NCBI GenBank assembly: GCA_030390025.1
Contig: CM059438.1
Span: 55,368,001 to 55,432,000 of the forward strand
Reading direction: 5' to 3'
DNA length: 64,000 nucleotides
Origin: Squalus acanthias
Taxonomy: Eukaryota
Part shown: in pieces, positions 1-14,100 of the stretch
Layout of the letters: each line of letters begins with the position of its first letter
How positions within the stretch are numbered: the stretch's first letter is position 1
Program-made: the position numbers and the translations under genes
Notes under the pieces: generated by a model
Told to the model about the DNA's origin: nothing
Database searches by the model: none
What the model saw: the letters and a program-made list of their open reading frames with translations, nothing else

Positions 1-1048
1 CCAAGCTCAGAACTAAACTCATTTTAAAAGTATTTCTCAGAAGTAGGAAAAGACATCAGTCCCAAGGCCATCTCTCCTGTTCATAGATCAAGCCCATTTA
101 CCCACCCACCTTTGCCCCATATCTCAATCTCTTCCCAAATCTTTTCCAAAGGAAACCAGCCTCCTTCCCTTCCTCATCATAACTTCAAATGTTTGACTCA
201 TGGACTAATATCCTTCCCCTCATTCAGTGACTGGGTCCTCACAGTACTCTAGACAGAGTCTGACCAGCCCCTACACACTAATAATACATCCCCTTTAGTT
301 TAATCAGCAACAGACCTCTGATAATACAATTCACACCCGTATTTACATGTTTACTGTGGCTTTACATTATGCTGATGGTTTTATAGACTAATTCACTATA
401 ACCTGGCGATCTCTCCCTGTGTTATGTAATAATGGCTTTATCCCAGGTGTCCCGAGTGTCCCAGGAGACTGAATCTGTCCCAGGTAGAGATTCTGTGACG
501 CACTAACCGGAACTCTCCTGCCCTGTTCTGCCGAGTTGCTCGCAGTGCTGACATTCATCTTTATTTCCTGGAGACTCCATCACAGTCTCGGAGGGTTGGA
601 ACCCTGAGTCTTGGTGCGTTTTACTGGGCTCTAGAGCGGGAGTGTCCTGGGACCTGCTCCTCCCCTGTAACTTCACCGCACGTGTGGCGGTGACCCCATT
701 TACACGCGTGAACCCTTTACACGGTTGAGCAGCTTACACAGGTGAACAGGGTTTCCACTGCCCTTGTACCAAAGTTCGATTGGCCAAGGCAATTCCTGAC
801 CAGAGTCCAGGCCTACAGATGGAGTGGAGAAAATATGTGGGGCTTGTGTCTTTTATCAGCTTTAGTGGAAGCACTGGAGGGAGGAGAGGGTGAATCAGCC
901 TCACCAGAGGAGTCACCAACCTCGCCCTCCCTTTATAGGCACTGAGTCACAATCCCCTCACTGCTCATTGGCCACCTCCGCACTTCCTCATTGACAACTT
1001 GCTGCTCACCCCTTCTCTCGTGGACCTCAGAAAACCTTGGAGTCCTGT

Positions 1049-1991
1049 TTCTCTCTCTCTGCCCTCTGTGTCCGTTCTCTCTCTCTCTCTCTCTGCCCTC
1101 TGTGTCCGTTCTCTCTCTCTCTCTCTGCCCTCTGTGTCCGTTCTCTCTCTCTCTCTCTGCCCTCTGTGTCCGTTCTCTCTCTCTCTCTCTGCCCTCTGTG
1201 TCCGTTCTCTCTCTCTCTGCCCTCTGTGTCCGTTCTCTCTCTCTCTGCCCTCTGTGTCCGTTCTCTCTCTCTCTCTCTGCCCTCTGTGTCCGTTCTCTCT
1301 CTCTCTCTCTCTGTCCGTTCTCTCTCTCTCTCTGCCCTCTGTGTCCGTTCTCTCTCTCTCTCTCTCTGTCCGTTCTCTCTCTCTCTCTGCCCTCTGTGTC
1401 CGTTCTCTCTCTCTCTCTCTCTCTGTCCGTTCTCTCTCTCTCTGCCCTCTGTGTCCGTTCTCTCTCTCTCTCTGCCTCTCTGTCCGTTCTCTCTCTCTCT
1501 CTCTCTGTCCGTTCTCTCTCTCTCTCTGCCCTCTGTGTCCGTTCTCTCTCTCTCTCTCTCTCTGTCCGTTCTCTCTCTCTCTCTCTGCCCTCTGTGTCCG
1601 TTCTCTCTCTCTCTCTGCCCTCTCTGTCCGTTCTCTCTCTCTCTCTGCCCTCTCTGTCCGTTCTCTCTCTCTCTCTGCCCTCTGTGTCCGTTCTCTCTCT
1701 CTCTCTCTGCCCTCTGTGTCCGTTCTCTCTCTCTCTCTCTGCCCTCTGTGTCCGTTCTCTCTCTCTCTGCCCTCTGTGTCCGTTCTCTCTCTCTCTCTGC
1801 CCTCTGTGTCCGTTCTCTCTCTCTCTCTCTGCCCTCTGTGTCCGTTCTCTCTCTCTCTGCCCTCTGTGTCCGTTCTCTCTCTCTCTCTCTGCCCTCTGTG
1901 TCCGTTCTCTCTCTCTCTCTCTGCCCTCTGTGTCCGTTCTCTCTCTCTCTGCCCTCTGTGTCCGTTCTCTCTCTCACTGCCCTCTGTGTCC
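1049..1991. repeat. Compound minisatellite (CT)n-GCCCTCTGTGTCCGTT, unit about 28-34 bp
   Basis: About 30 direct copies of GCCCTCTGTGTCCGTT (some shortened to GTCCGTT) separated by variable (CT)n runs; explains the RE/LS-rich ORFs on both strands. Confidence 0.97.
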
Positions 1992-2127
1992 ATTCCCATC
2001 TGTTCCAGGGCACCCACTCACTGCCACCAAAGACACCAGCTTGTATTGATAGTGCCCCTTTAACACACGGGGGAGAAGAAAGCAAAAGGGAATGGGCATC
2101 AAGCTAAAGAGGGAGAGTCAGGAGAGC

Positions 2128-5100
2128 TGACCGAGAGCCCCGGGACAGGATAGGCTTTGACCGAGAGCCCCTGGACAGGATGGGCTTTGACTGAGAGCCC
2201 CGGGACAGGATAGGCTTTGACCGAGAGCCCCGGGACAGGATAGGCTTTGACCGAGAGTCCCTGGACAGGATGGGCTTTGAGCATGAGCCCTGGGACAGGA
2301 TAGGCTTTGACCGAGAGCCCCTGGACAGGATGGGCTTTGACCGAGAGCCCCGGGACAGGATAGGCTTTGACCGAGAGCCCCTGGACAGGATGGGCTTTGA
2401 CTGAGAGCCCCGGGACAGGATAGGCTTTGACCGAGAGTCCCTGGACAGGATGGGCTTTGAGCATGAGCCCTGGGACAGGATAGGCTTTGACCGAGAGCCC
2501 CTGGACAGGATGGGCTTTGACCGAGAGCCCCTGGACAGGATGGGCTTTGACCGAGAGCCCCTGGACAGGATGGGCTTTGACCGAGAGCCCCTGGACAGGA
2601 TAGGCTTTGACCGAGAGCTCGTGGACAGGATGGGCTTTGACCGAGAGCCCCTGGACAGGATGGGCTTTGACCGAGAGTCCCTGGACAGGATGGGCTTTGA
2701 CTGAGAGTCCCTGGACAGGATGGGCTTTGACCGAGAGCCCCTGGACAGGATGGGCTTTGACCGAGAGCCCCTGGACAGGATGGGCTTTGACCGAGAGCCC
2801 CTGGACAGGATAGGCTTTGACCGAGAGCTCGTGGACAGGATGGGCTTTGACCGAGAGCCCCTGGACAGGATGGGCTTTGACCGAGAGTCCCTGGACAGGA
2901 TGGGCTTTGACCGAGAGTCCCTGGACAGGATGGGCTGTGACCGAGAGCCCTGGGACAGGATGGGCTTTGACCGAGAGTCCCTGGACAGGATGGGCTTTGA
3001 CCGAGAGCCCCTGGACAGGATGGGCTTTGACCGAGAGCCCCTGGACAGGATGGGTTTTGACCGAGAGCTCGTGGACAGGATGGGCTTTGACCGAGAGCCC
3101 CTGGACAGGATGGGCTTTGACCGAGAGTCCCTGGACAGGATGGGCTTTGACCGAGAGCCCCGGACAGGATGGGCTTTGACCGAGAGTCCCTGGACAGGAT
3201 GGGCTTTGAGCATGAGCCCTGGGACAGGATAGGCTTTGACCGAGAGCCCCTGGACAGGATGGGCTTTGACCGAGAGCCCCTGGACAGGATGGGCTTTGAC
3301 CGAGAGCCCCTGGACAGGATGGGCTTTGACCGAGAGCCCCTGGACAGGATAGGCTTTGACCGAGAGCTCGTGGACAGGATGGGCTTTGACCGAGAGCCCC
3401 TGGACAGGATGGGCTTTGACCGAGAGTCCCTGGACAGGATGGGCTTTGACTGAGAGTCCCTGGACAGGATGGGCTTTGACCGAGAGCCCCTGGACAGGAT
3501 GGGCTTTGACCGAGAGCCCCTGGACAGGATGGGCTTTGACCGAGAGCCCCTGGACAGGATAGGCTTTGACCGAGAGCTCGTGGACAGGATGGGCTTTGAC
3601 CGAGAGTCCCTGGACAGGATGGGCTTTGACTGAGAGTCCCTGGACAGGATGGGCTTTGACCGAGAGCCCCTGGACAGGATGGGCTTTGACTGAGAGTCCC
3701 TGGACAGGATGGGCTTTGAGCATGAGCCCTGGGACAGGATGGGCTTTGACCGAGAGTCCCTGGACAGGATGGGCTTTGACCGAGAGCCCCTGGACAGGAT
3801 GGGCTTTGACCGAGAGCCCCTGGACAGGATGGGTTTTGACCGAGAGCTCGTGGACAGGATGGGCTTTGACCGAGAGCCCCTGGACAGGATGGGCTTTGAC
3901 CGAGAGTCCCTGGACAGGATGGGCTTTGACCGAGAGCCCCGGACAGGATGGGCTTTGACCGAGAGTCCCTGGACAGGATGGACTTTGACCGAGAGTCCCT
4001 GGACAGGATGGACTTTGACCGAGAGTCCCTGGACAGGATGGCCTTTGACCGAGAGTCCCTGGACAGGATGGGCTTTGACCGAGAGCTCGTGGACAGGATG
4101 GGCTTTGACCGAGAGTCCCTGGACAGGATGGGCTTCGACCGAGAGCTCGTGGACAGGATGGGCTTTGACCGAGAGCTCGTGGACAGGATGGGCTTTGACC
4201 GAGAGTCCTGGACAGGATGGGCTTTGACCGAGAGTCCCCGGACAGGATGGGCTTTGACCGAGAGTCCCTGGACAGGATGGGCTTTGACCGAGAGCTCGTG
4301 GACAGGATGGGCTTTGACCGAGAGCTCGTGGACAGGATGGGCTTTGACCGAGAGTCCTGGACAGGATGGGCTTTGACCGAGAGCCCCTGGACAGAATGGG
4401 CTTTGACCGAGAGCTCGTGGACAGGATGGGCTTTGACCGAGAGTCCCTGGACAGGATGGGCTTTGACCGAGAGTCCCTGGACAGGATGGGCTTTGACCGA
4501 GAGCTCGTGGACAGGATGGGCTTTGACCGAGAGTCCCTGGACAGGATGGGCTTTGACCGAGAGTCCCTGGACAGGATGGGCTTTGACCGAGAGCCCCTGG
4601 ACAGGATGGGCTTTGACCGAGAGCCCCTGGACAGGATGGTCTTTGACCGAGAGCCCCTGGACAGGATGGGCTTTGACCGAGAGCCCCTGGACAGGATGGG
4701 CTTTGACCGAGAGCCCCTGGACAGGATGGGCTTTGACCGAGAGCCCCTGGACAGGATAGGCTTTGACCGAGAGCTCGTGGACAGGATGGGCTTTGACCGA
4801 GAGTCCCTGGACAGGATGGGCTTTGACTGAGAGTCCCTGGACAGGATGGGCTTTGACCGAGAGCCCCTGGACAGGATGGGCTTTGACTGAGAGTCCCTGG
4901 ACAGGATGGGCTTTGAGCATGAGCCCTGGGACAGGATGGGCTTTGACCGAGAGTCCCTGGACAGGATGGGCTTTGACCGAGAGCCCCTGGACAGGATGGG
5001 CTTTGACCGAGAGCCCCTGGACAGGATGGGTTTTGACCGAGAGCTCGTGGACAGGATGGGCTTTGACCGAGAGCCCCTGGACAGGATGGGCTTTGACCGA

Positions 5101-8100
5101 GAGTCCCTGGACAGGATGGGCTTTGACCGAGAGCCCCGGACAGGATGGGCTTTGACCGAGAGCCCATGGACAGGATGGCCTTTGACCGAGAGCCCCTGGA
5201 CAGGATGGGCTTTGACCGAGAGTCCCTGGACAGGATGGACTTTGACCGAGAGTCCCTGGACAGGATGGACTTTGACCGAGAGCCCCTGGACAGGATGGGC
5301 TTTGACCGAGAGTCCCTGGACAGGATGGGCTTTGACCGAGAGCTCCTGGACAGGATGGACTTTGACCGAGAGTCCCTGGACAGGATGGCCTTTGACCGAG
5401 AGTCCCTGGACAGGATGGGCTTTGACCGAGAGCTCGTGGACAGGATGGGCTTTGACCGAGAGTCCCTGGACAGGATGGGCTTTGACCGAGAGCTCGTGGA
5501 CAGGATGGGCTTTGACCGAGAGCTCGTGGACAGGATGGGCTTTGACCGAGAGTCCTGGACAGGATGGGCTTTGACCGAGAGCCCCTGGGCAGAATGGGCT
5601 TTGACCGAGAGCTCGTGGACAGGATGGGCTTTGACCGAGAGTCCCTGGACAGGATGGGCTTTGACCGAGAGTCCCTGGACAGGATGGGCTGTGACCGAGA
5701 GCCCCTGGACAGAATGGGCTTTGACCGAGAGCTCGTGGACAGGATGGGCTTTGACCGAGAGTCCCTGGACAGGATGGGCTTTGACCGAGAGCTCGTGGAC
5801 AGGATGGGCTTTGACCGAGAGTCCCTGGACAGGATGGGCTTTGACCGAGAGTCCCTGGACAGGATGGGCTTTGACCGAGAGCCCCTGGACAGGATGGGCT
5901 GTGACCGAGAGCCCCTGGACAGGATGGGCTTTGACCGAGAGCCCCTGTACAGAATGGGCTTTGACCGAGAGTCCCTGGACAGGATGGGCTTTGACCGAGA
6001 GCCCCGGACAGGATGGGCTTTGACCGAGAGCCCCTGTACAGAATGGGCTTTGACCGAGAGTCCCTGGACAGGATGGGCTTTGACCGAGTGCCCCGGACAG
6101 GATGGGCTTTGACCGAGAGCCCCTGGACAGGATGGGCTTTGACTGAGAGTCCCTGTACAGAATGGGCTTTGACCGAGAGTCCCTGGACTGGATGGGCTTT
6201 GACCGAGAGCCCCGGACAGGATGGGCTTTGACCGAGAGTCCCTGGACAGGATGGGCTTTGACCGAGAGCCCCGGACAGGATGGGCTTTGACCGAGAGCAC
6301 CTGGACAGGATGGGCTTTGACCGAGAGCTCGTGGACAGAATGGGCTTTGACCGAGAGCCCCTGGATAGGATGGGCTTTGACCGAGAGCTCGTGGACAGGA
6401 TGGGCTTTGACTGAGAGCCCCTGGACAGGATGGGCTTTGACTGAGAGCCTCTGGACAGGATGGGCTTTGACCGAGAGCCCTGGACAGGTTGGGCTTTGAC
6501 CGAGAGCTCGTGGACAGAATGGGCTTTGACCGAGAGCCCCTGTACAGAATGGGCTTTGACCGAGAGCACCGGACAGGATGGGCTTTGACCGAGAGCTCGT
6601 GGACAGAATGGGCTTTGACCGAGAGCCCCTGTACAGAATGGGCTTTGACCGAGAGCACCGGACAGGATGGGCTTTGACCGAGAGCCCCTGGACAGGATGG
6701 GCTTTGACTGAGAGCCCCTGGACAGGATGGGCTTTGACTGAGAGCCTCTGGACAGGATGGGCTTTGACCGAGAGCTCGTGGACAGGATGGGCTTTGACCG
6801 AGAGCCCTGGACAGGATGGGTTTTGACCGAGAGCTCGTGGACAGGATGGGCTTTGACCGAGAGCCCTGGACAGGTTGGGCTTTGACCGAGAGCTCCTGGA
6901 CAGGATGGGCTTTGACCGAGAGCTCCTGGACAGGATGGGCTTTGACCGAGAGCTCCTGGACAGGATGGGCTTTCACCGAGAGCTCGTGGACAGGATGGGC
7001 TTTGACCGAGAGTCCCTGGACAGGTTGGGCTTTGACCGAGAGTCCCTGGACAGGATGGGCTTTGACCGAGAGCTCGTGGACAGGATGGGCTTTGACCGAG
7101 AGTCCCTGGACAGGATGGGCTTTGACCGAGAGCCCCTGGACAGGATGGGCTTTGACCGAGAGCGCTGGACAGGATGGGCTTTCACCGAGAGCTCGTGGAC
7201 AGGTTGGGCTTTGACCGAGAGCTCGTGGACAGGATGGGCTTTGACCGAGAGCGCTGGACAGGATGGGCTTTGACCGAGAGCGCTGGACAGGATGGGCTTT
7301 CACCGAGAGCTCGTGGACAGGATGGGCTTTCACCGAGAGCTCGTGGACAGGATGGGCTTTGACCGAGAGCTCCTGGACAGGATGGGCTTTGACCGAGAGC
7401 TCGTGGACAGAATGGGCTTTGACCGAGAGCCCCTGGACAGAATGGGCTTTGACCGAGAGTCCCTGGACAGGATGGGCTTTGACCGAGAGTCCCTGGACAG
7501 GATGGGCTTTGACCGAGAGTCCCTGGACAGGATGGGCTTTGACTGAGAGCCTCTGGACAGGATGGGCTTTGACTGAGAGCCCCTGGACAGGATGGGCTTT
7601 GACTGAGAGCTCGTGGACAGAATGGGCTTTGACCGAGAGCCCCTGGACAGAATGGGCTTTGACCGAGAGTCCCTGGACAGGATGGGCTTTGACCGAGAGT
7701 CCCGGACAGGATGGGCTTTGACCGAGAGCCCCTGGACAGGATGGGCTTTGACCGAGAGCTCGTGGACAGAATGGGCTTTGACCGAGAGCCCCTGGACAGA
7801 ATGGGCTTTGACCGAGAGCCCCTGGACAGGATGGGCTTTGACTGAGAGCCTCTGGACAGGATGGGCTTTGACTGAGAGCCCCTGGACAGGATGGGCTTTG
7901 ACTGAGAGCTCGTGGACAGAATGGGCTTTGACCGAGAGCCCCTGGACAGAATGGGCTTTGACCGAGAGTCCCTGGACAGGATGGGCTTTGACCGAGAGTC
8001 CCGGACAGGATGGGCTTTGACCGAGAGCTCCTGGACAGGATGGGCTTTGACCGAGAGCTCGTGGACAGAATGGGCTTTGACCGAGAGCCCCTGGACAGAA

Positions 8101-11100
8101 TGGGCTTTGACCGAGAGTCCCTGGACAGGATGGGCTTTGACCGAGAGTCCCGGACAGGATGGGCTTTGACCGAGAGCCCCTGGACAGGATGGGCTTTGAC
8201 TGAGAGTCCCTGTACAGAATGGGCTTTGACCGAGAGTCCCTGGACTGGATGGGCTTTGACCGAGAGCCCCGGACAGGATGGGCTTTGACCGAGAGTCCCT
8301 GGACAGGATGGGCTTTGACCGAGAGCCCCGGACAGGATGGGCTTTGACCGAGAGCACCTGGACAGGATGGGCTTTGACCGAGAGCTCGTGGACAGAATGG
8401 GCTTTGACCGAGAGCCCCTGGATAGGATGGGCTTTGACCGAGAGCTCGTGGACAGGATGGGCTTTGACTGAGAGCCCCTGGACAGGATGGGCTTTGACTG
8501 AGAGCCTCTGGACAGGATGGGCTTTGACCGAGAGCCCTGGACAGGTTGGGCTTTGACCGAGAGCTCGTGGACAGAATGGGCTTTGACCGAGAGCCCCTGT
8601 ACAGAATGGGCTTTGACCGAGAGCACCGGACAGGATGGGCTTTGACCGAGAGCTCGTGGACAGAATGGGCTTTGACCGAGAGCCCCTGTACAGAATGGGC
8701 TTTGACCGAGAGCACCGGACAGGATGGGCTTTGACCGAGAGCCCCTGGACAGGATGGGCTTTGACTGAGAGCCCCTGGACAGGATGGGCTTTGACTGAGA
8801 GCCTCTGGACAGGATGGGCTTTGACCGAGAGCTCGTGGACAGGATGGGCTTTGACCGAGAGCCCTGGACAGGATGGGTTTTGACCGAGAGCTCGTGGACA
8901 GGATGGGCTTTGACCGAGAGCCCTGGACAGGTTGGGCTTTGACCGAGAGCTCCTGGACAGGATGGGCTTTGACCGAGAGCTCCTGGACAGGATGGGCTTT
9001 GACCGAGAGCTCCTGGACAGGATGGGCTTTCACCGAGAGCTCGTGGACAGGATGGGCTTTGACCGAGAGTCCCTGGACAGGTTGGGCTTTGACCGAGAGT
9101 CCCTGGACAGGATGGGCTTTGACCGAGAGCTCGTGGACAGGATGGGCTTTGACCGAGAGTCCCTGGACAGGATGGGCTTTGACCGAGAGCCCCTGGACAG
9201 GATGGGCTTTGACCGAGAGCGCTGGACAGGATGGGCTTTCACCGAGAGCTCGTGGACAGGTTGGGCTTTGACCGAGAGCTCGTGGACAGGATGGGCTTTG
9301 ACCGAGAGCGCTGGACAGGATGGGCTTTGACCGAGAGCGCTGGACAGGATGGGCTTTCACCGAGAGCTCGTGGACAGGATGGGCTTTCACCGAGAGCTCG
9401 TGGACAGGATGGGCTTTGACCGAGAGCTCCTGGACAGGATGGGCTTTGACCGAGAGCTCGTGGACAGAATGGGCTTTGACCGAGAGCCCCTGGACAGAAT
9501 GGGCTTTGACCGAGAGTCCCTGGACAGGATGGGCTTTGACCGAGAGCCCCTGGACAGGATGGGCTTTGACTGAGAGTCCCTGGACAGGATGGGCTTTGAG
9601 CATGAGCCCTGGGACAGGATGGGCTTTGACCGAGAGTCCCTGGACAGGATGGGCTTTGACCGAGAGCCCCTGGACAGGATGGGCTTTGACCGAGAGCCCC
9701 TGGACAGGATGGGTTTTGACCGAGAGCTCGTGGACAGGATGGGCTTTGACCGAGAGCCCCTGGACAGGATGGGCTTTGACCGAGAGTCCCTGGACAGGAT
9801 GGGCTTTGACCGAGAGCCCCGGACAGGATGGGCTTTGACCGAGAGCCCATGGACAGGATGGCCTTTGACCGAGAGCCCCTGGACAGGATGGGCTTTGACC
9901 GAGAGTCCCTGGACAGGATGGACTTTGACCGAGAGTCCCTGGACAGGATGGACTTTGACCGAGAGCCCCTGGACAGGATGGGCTTTGACCGAGAGTCCCT
10001 GGACAGGATGGGCTTTGACCGAGAGCTCCTGGACAGGATGGACTTTGACCGAGAGTCCCTGGACAGGATGGCCTTTGACCGAGAGTCCCTGGACAGGATG
10101 GGCTTTGACCGAGAGCTCGTGGACAGGATGGGCTTTGACCGAGAGTCCCTGGACAGGATGGGCTTTGACCGAGAGCTCGTGGACAGGATGGGCTTTGACC
10201 GAGAGCTCGTGGACAGGATGGGCTTTGACCGAGAGTCCTGGACAGGATGGGCTTTGACCGAGAGCCCCTGGGCAGAATGGGCTTTGACCGAGAGCTCGTG
10301 GACAGGATGGGCTTTGACCGAGAGTCCCTGGACAGGATGGGCTTTGACCGAGAGTCCCTGGACAGGATGGGCTGTGACCGAGAGCCCCTGGACAGAATGG
10401 GCTTTGACCGAGAGCTCGTGGACAGGATGGGCTTTGACCGAGAGTCCCTGGACAGGATGGGCTTTGACCGAGAGCTCGTGGACAGGATGGGCTTTGACCG
10501 AGAGTCCCTGGACAGGATGGGCTTTGACCGAGAGTCCCTGGACAGGATGGGCTTTGACCGAGAGCTCGTGGACAGGATGGGCTGTGACCGAGAGCCCCTG
10601 GACAGGATGGGCTTTGACCGAGAGCCCCTGTACAGAATGGGCTTTGACCGAGAGTCCCTGGACAGGATGGGCTTTGACCGAGAGCCCCGGACAGGATGGG
10701 CTTTGACCGAGAGCCCCTGTACAGAATGGGCTTTGACCGAGAGTCCCTGGACAGGATGGGCTTTGACCGAGTGCCCCGGACAGGATGGGCTTTGACCGAG
10801 AGCCCCTGGACAGGATGGGCTTTGACTGAGAGTCCCTGTACAGAATGGGCTTTGACCGAGAGTCCCTGGACTGGATGGGCTTTGACCGAGAGCCCCGGAC
10901 AGGATGGGCTTTGACCGAGAGTCCCTGGACAGGATGGGCTTTGACCGAGAGCCCCGGACAGGATGGGCTTTGACCGAGAGCACCTGGACAGGATGGGCTT
11001 TGACCGAGAGCTCGTGGACAGAATGGGCTTTGACCGAGAGCCCCTGGATAGGATGGGCTTTGACCGAGAGCTCGTGGACAGAATGGGCTTTGACCGAGAG

Positions 11101-14100
11101 CTCCTGGACAGGATGGGCTTTGACCGAGAGCTCGTGGACAGAATGGGCTTTGACCGAGAGCCCCTGGACAGAATGGGCTTTGACCGAGAGTCCCTGGACA
11201 GGATGGGCTTTGACCGAGAGCCCCTGGACAGGATGGGCTTTGACTGAGAGTCCCTGGACAGGATGGGCTTTGAGCATGAGCCCTGGGACAGGATGGGCTT
11301 TGACCGAGAGTCCCTGGACAGGATGGGCTTTGACCGAGAGCCCCTGGACAGGATGGGCTTTGACCGAGAGCCCCTGGACAGGATGGGTTTTGACCGAGAG
11401 CTCGTGGACAGGATGGGCTTTGACCGAGAGCCCCTGGACAGGATGGGCTTTGACCGAGAGTCCCTGGACAGGATGGGCTTTGACCGAGAGCCCCGGACAG
11501 GATGGGCTTTGACCGAGAGCCCATGGACAGGATGGCCTTTGACCGAGAGCCCCTGGACAGGATGGGCTTTGACCGAGAGTCCCTGGACAGGATGGACTTT
11601 GACCGAGAGTCCCTGGACAGGATGGACTTTGACCGAGAGCCCCTGGACAGGATGGGCTTTGACCGAGAGTCCCTGGACAGGATGGGCTTTGACCGAGAGC
11701 TCCTGGACAGGATGGACTTTGACCGAGAGTCCCTGGACAGGATGGCCTTTGACCGAGAGTCCCTGGACAGGATGGGCTTTGACCGAGAGCTCGTGGACAG
11801 GATGGGCTTTGACCGAGAGTCCCTGGACAGGATGGGCTTTGACCGAGAGCTCGTGGACAGGATGGGCTTTGACCGAGAGCTCGTGGACAGGATGGGCTTT
11901 GACCGAGAGTCCTGGACAGGATGGGCTTTGACCGAGAGCCCCTGGCAGAATGGGCTTTGACCGAGAGCTCGTGGACAGGATGGGCTTTGACCGAGAGTCC
12001 CTGGACAGGATGGGCTTTGACCGAGAGTCCCTGGACAGGATGGGCTGTGACCGAGAGCCCCTGGACAGAATGGGCTTTGACCGAGAGCTCGTGGACAGGA
12101 TGGGCTTTGACCGAGAGTCCCTGGACAGGATGGGCTTTGACCGAGAGCTCGTGGACAGGATGGGCTTTGACCGAGAGTCCCTGGACAGGATGGGCTTTGA
12201 CCGAGAGTCCCTGGACAGGATGGGCTTTGACCGAGAGCTCGTGGACAGGATGGGCTGTGACCGAGAGCCCCTGGACAGGATGGGCTTTGACCGAGAGCCC
12301 CTGTACAGAATGGGCTTTGACCGAGAGTCCCTGGACAGGATGGGCTTTGACCGAGAGCCCCGGACAGGATGGGCTTTGACCGAGAGCCCCTGTACAGAAT
12401 GGGCTTTGACCGAGAGTCCCTGGACAGGATGGGCTTTGACCGAGTGCCCCGGACAGGATGGGCTTTGACCGAGAGCCCCTGGACAGGATGGGCTTTGACT
12501 GAGAGTCCCTGTACAGAATGGGCTTTGACCGAGAGTCCCTGGACTGGATGGGCTTTGACCGAGAGCCCCGGACAGGATGGGCTTTGACCGAGAGTCCCTG
12601 GACAGGATGGGCTTTGACCGAGAGCCCCGGACAGGATGGGCTTTGACCGAGAGCACCTGGACAGGATGGGCTTTGACCGAGAGCTCGTGGACAGAATGGG
12701 CTTTGACCGAGAGCCCCTGGATAGGATGGGCTTTGACCGAGAGCTCGTGGACAGGATGGGCTTTGACTGAGAGCCCCTGGACAGGATGGGCTTTGACTGA
12801 GAGCCTCTGGACAGGATGGGCTTTGACCGAGAGCCCTGGACAGGTTGGGCTTTGACCGAGAGCTCGTGGACAGAATGGGCTTTGACCGAGAGCCCCTGTA
12901 CAGAATGGGCTTTGACCGAGAGCACCGGACAGGATGGGCTTTGACCGAGAGCTCGTGGACAGAATGGGCTTTGACCGAGAGCCCCTGTACAGAATGGGCT
13001 TTGACCGAGAGCACCGGACAGGATGGGCTTTGACCGAGAGCCCCTGGACAGGATGGGCTTTGACTGAGAGCCCCTGGACAGGATGGGCTTTGACTGAGAG
13101 CCTCTGGACAGGATGGGCTTTGACCGAGAGCTCGTGGACAGGATGGGCTTTGACCGAGAGCCCTGGACAGGATGGGTTTTGACCGAGAGCTCGTGGACAG
13201 GATGGGCTTTGACCGAGAGCCCTGGACAGGTTGGGCTTTGACCGAGAGCTCCTGGACAGGATGGGCTTTGACCGAGAGCTCCTGGACAGGATGGGCTTTG
13301 ACCGAGAGCTCCTGGACAGGATGGGCTTTCACCGAGAGCTCGTGGACAGGATGGGCTTTGACCGAGAGTCCCTGGACAGGTTGGGCTTTGACCGAGAGTC
13401 CCTGGACAGGATGGGCTTTGACCGAGAGCTCGTGGACAGGATGGGCTTTGACCGAGAGTCCCTGGACAGGATGGGCTTTGACCGAGAGCCCCTGGACAGG
13501 ATGGGCTTTGACCGAGAGCGCTGGACAGGATGGGCTTTCACCGAGAGCTCGTGGACAGGTTGGGCTTTGACCGAGAGCTCGTGGACAGGATGGGCTTTGA
13601 CCGAGAGCGCTGGACAGGATGGGCTTTGACCGAGAGCGCTGGACAGGATGGGCTTTCACCGAGAGCTCGTGGACAGGATGGGCTTTCACCGAGAGCTCGT
13701 GGACAGGATGGGCTTTGACCGAGAGCTCCTGGACAGGATGGGCTTTGACCGAGAGCTCGTGGACAGAATGGGCTTTGACCGAGAGCCCCTGGACAGAATG
13801 GGCTTTGACCGAGAGTCCCTGGACAGGATGGGCTTTGACCGAGAGTCCCTGGACAGGATGGGCTTTGACCGAGAGTCCCTGGACAGGATGGGCTTTGACT
13901 GAGAGCCTCTGGACAGGATGGGCTTTGACTGAGAGCCCCTGGACAGGATGGGCTTTGACTGAGAGCTCGTGGACAGAATGGGCTTTGACCGAGAGCCCCT
14001 GGACAGAATGGGCTTTGACCGAGAGTCCCTGGACAGGATGGGCTTTGACCGAGAGTCCCGGACAGGATGGGCTTTGACCGAGAGCCCCTGGACAGGATGG

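Noticed and set aside
400..606. Possible old MITE ending GGAGGGTTGGAACCCTG
   Set aside because: Only one end is visible; no matching TIR or TSD found
965..2107. RE-rich and LS-rich proteins of about 350 aa
   Set aside because: Read-through of the (CT)n compound minisatellite on both strands
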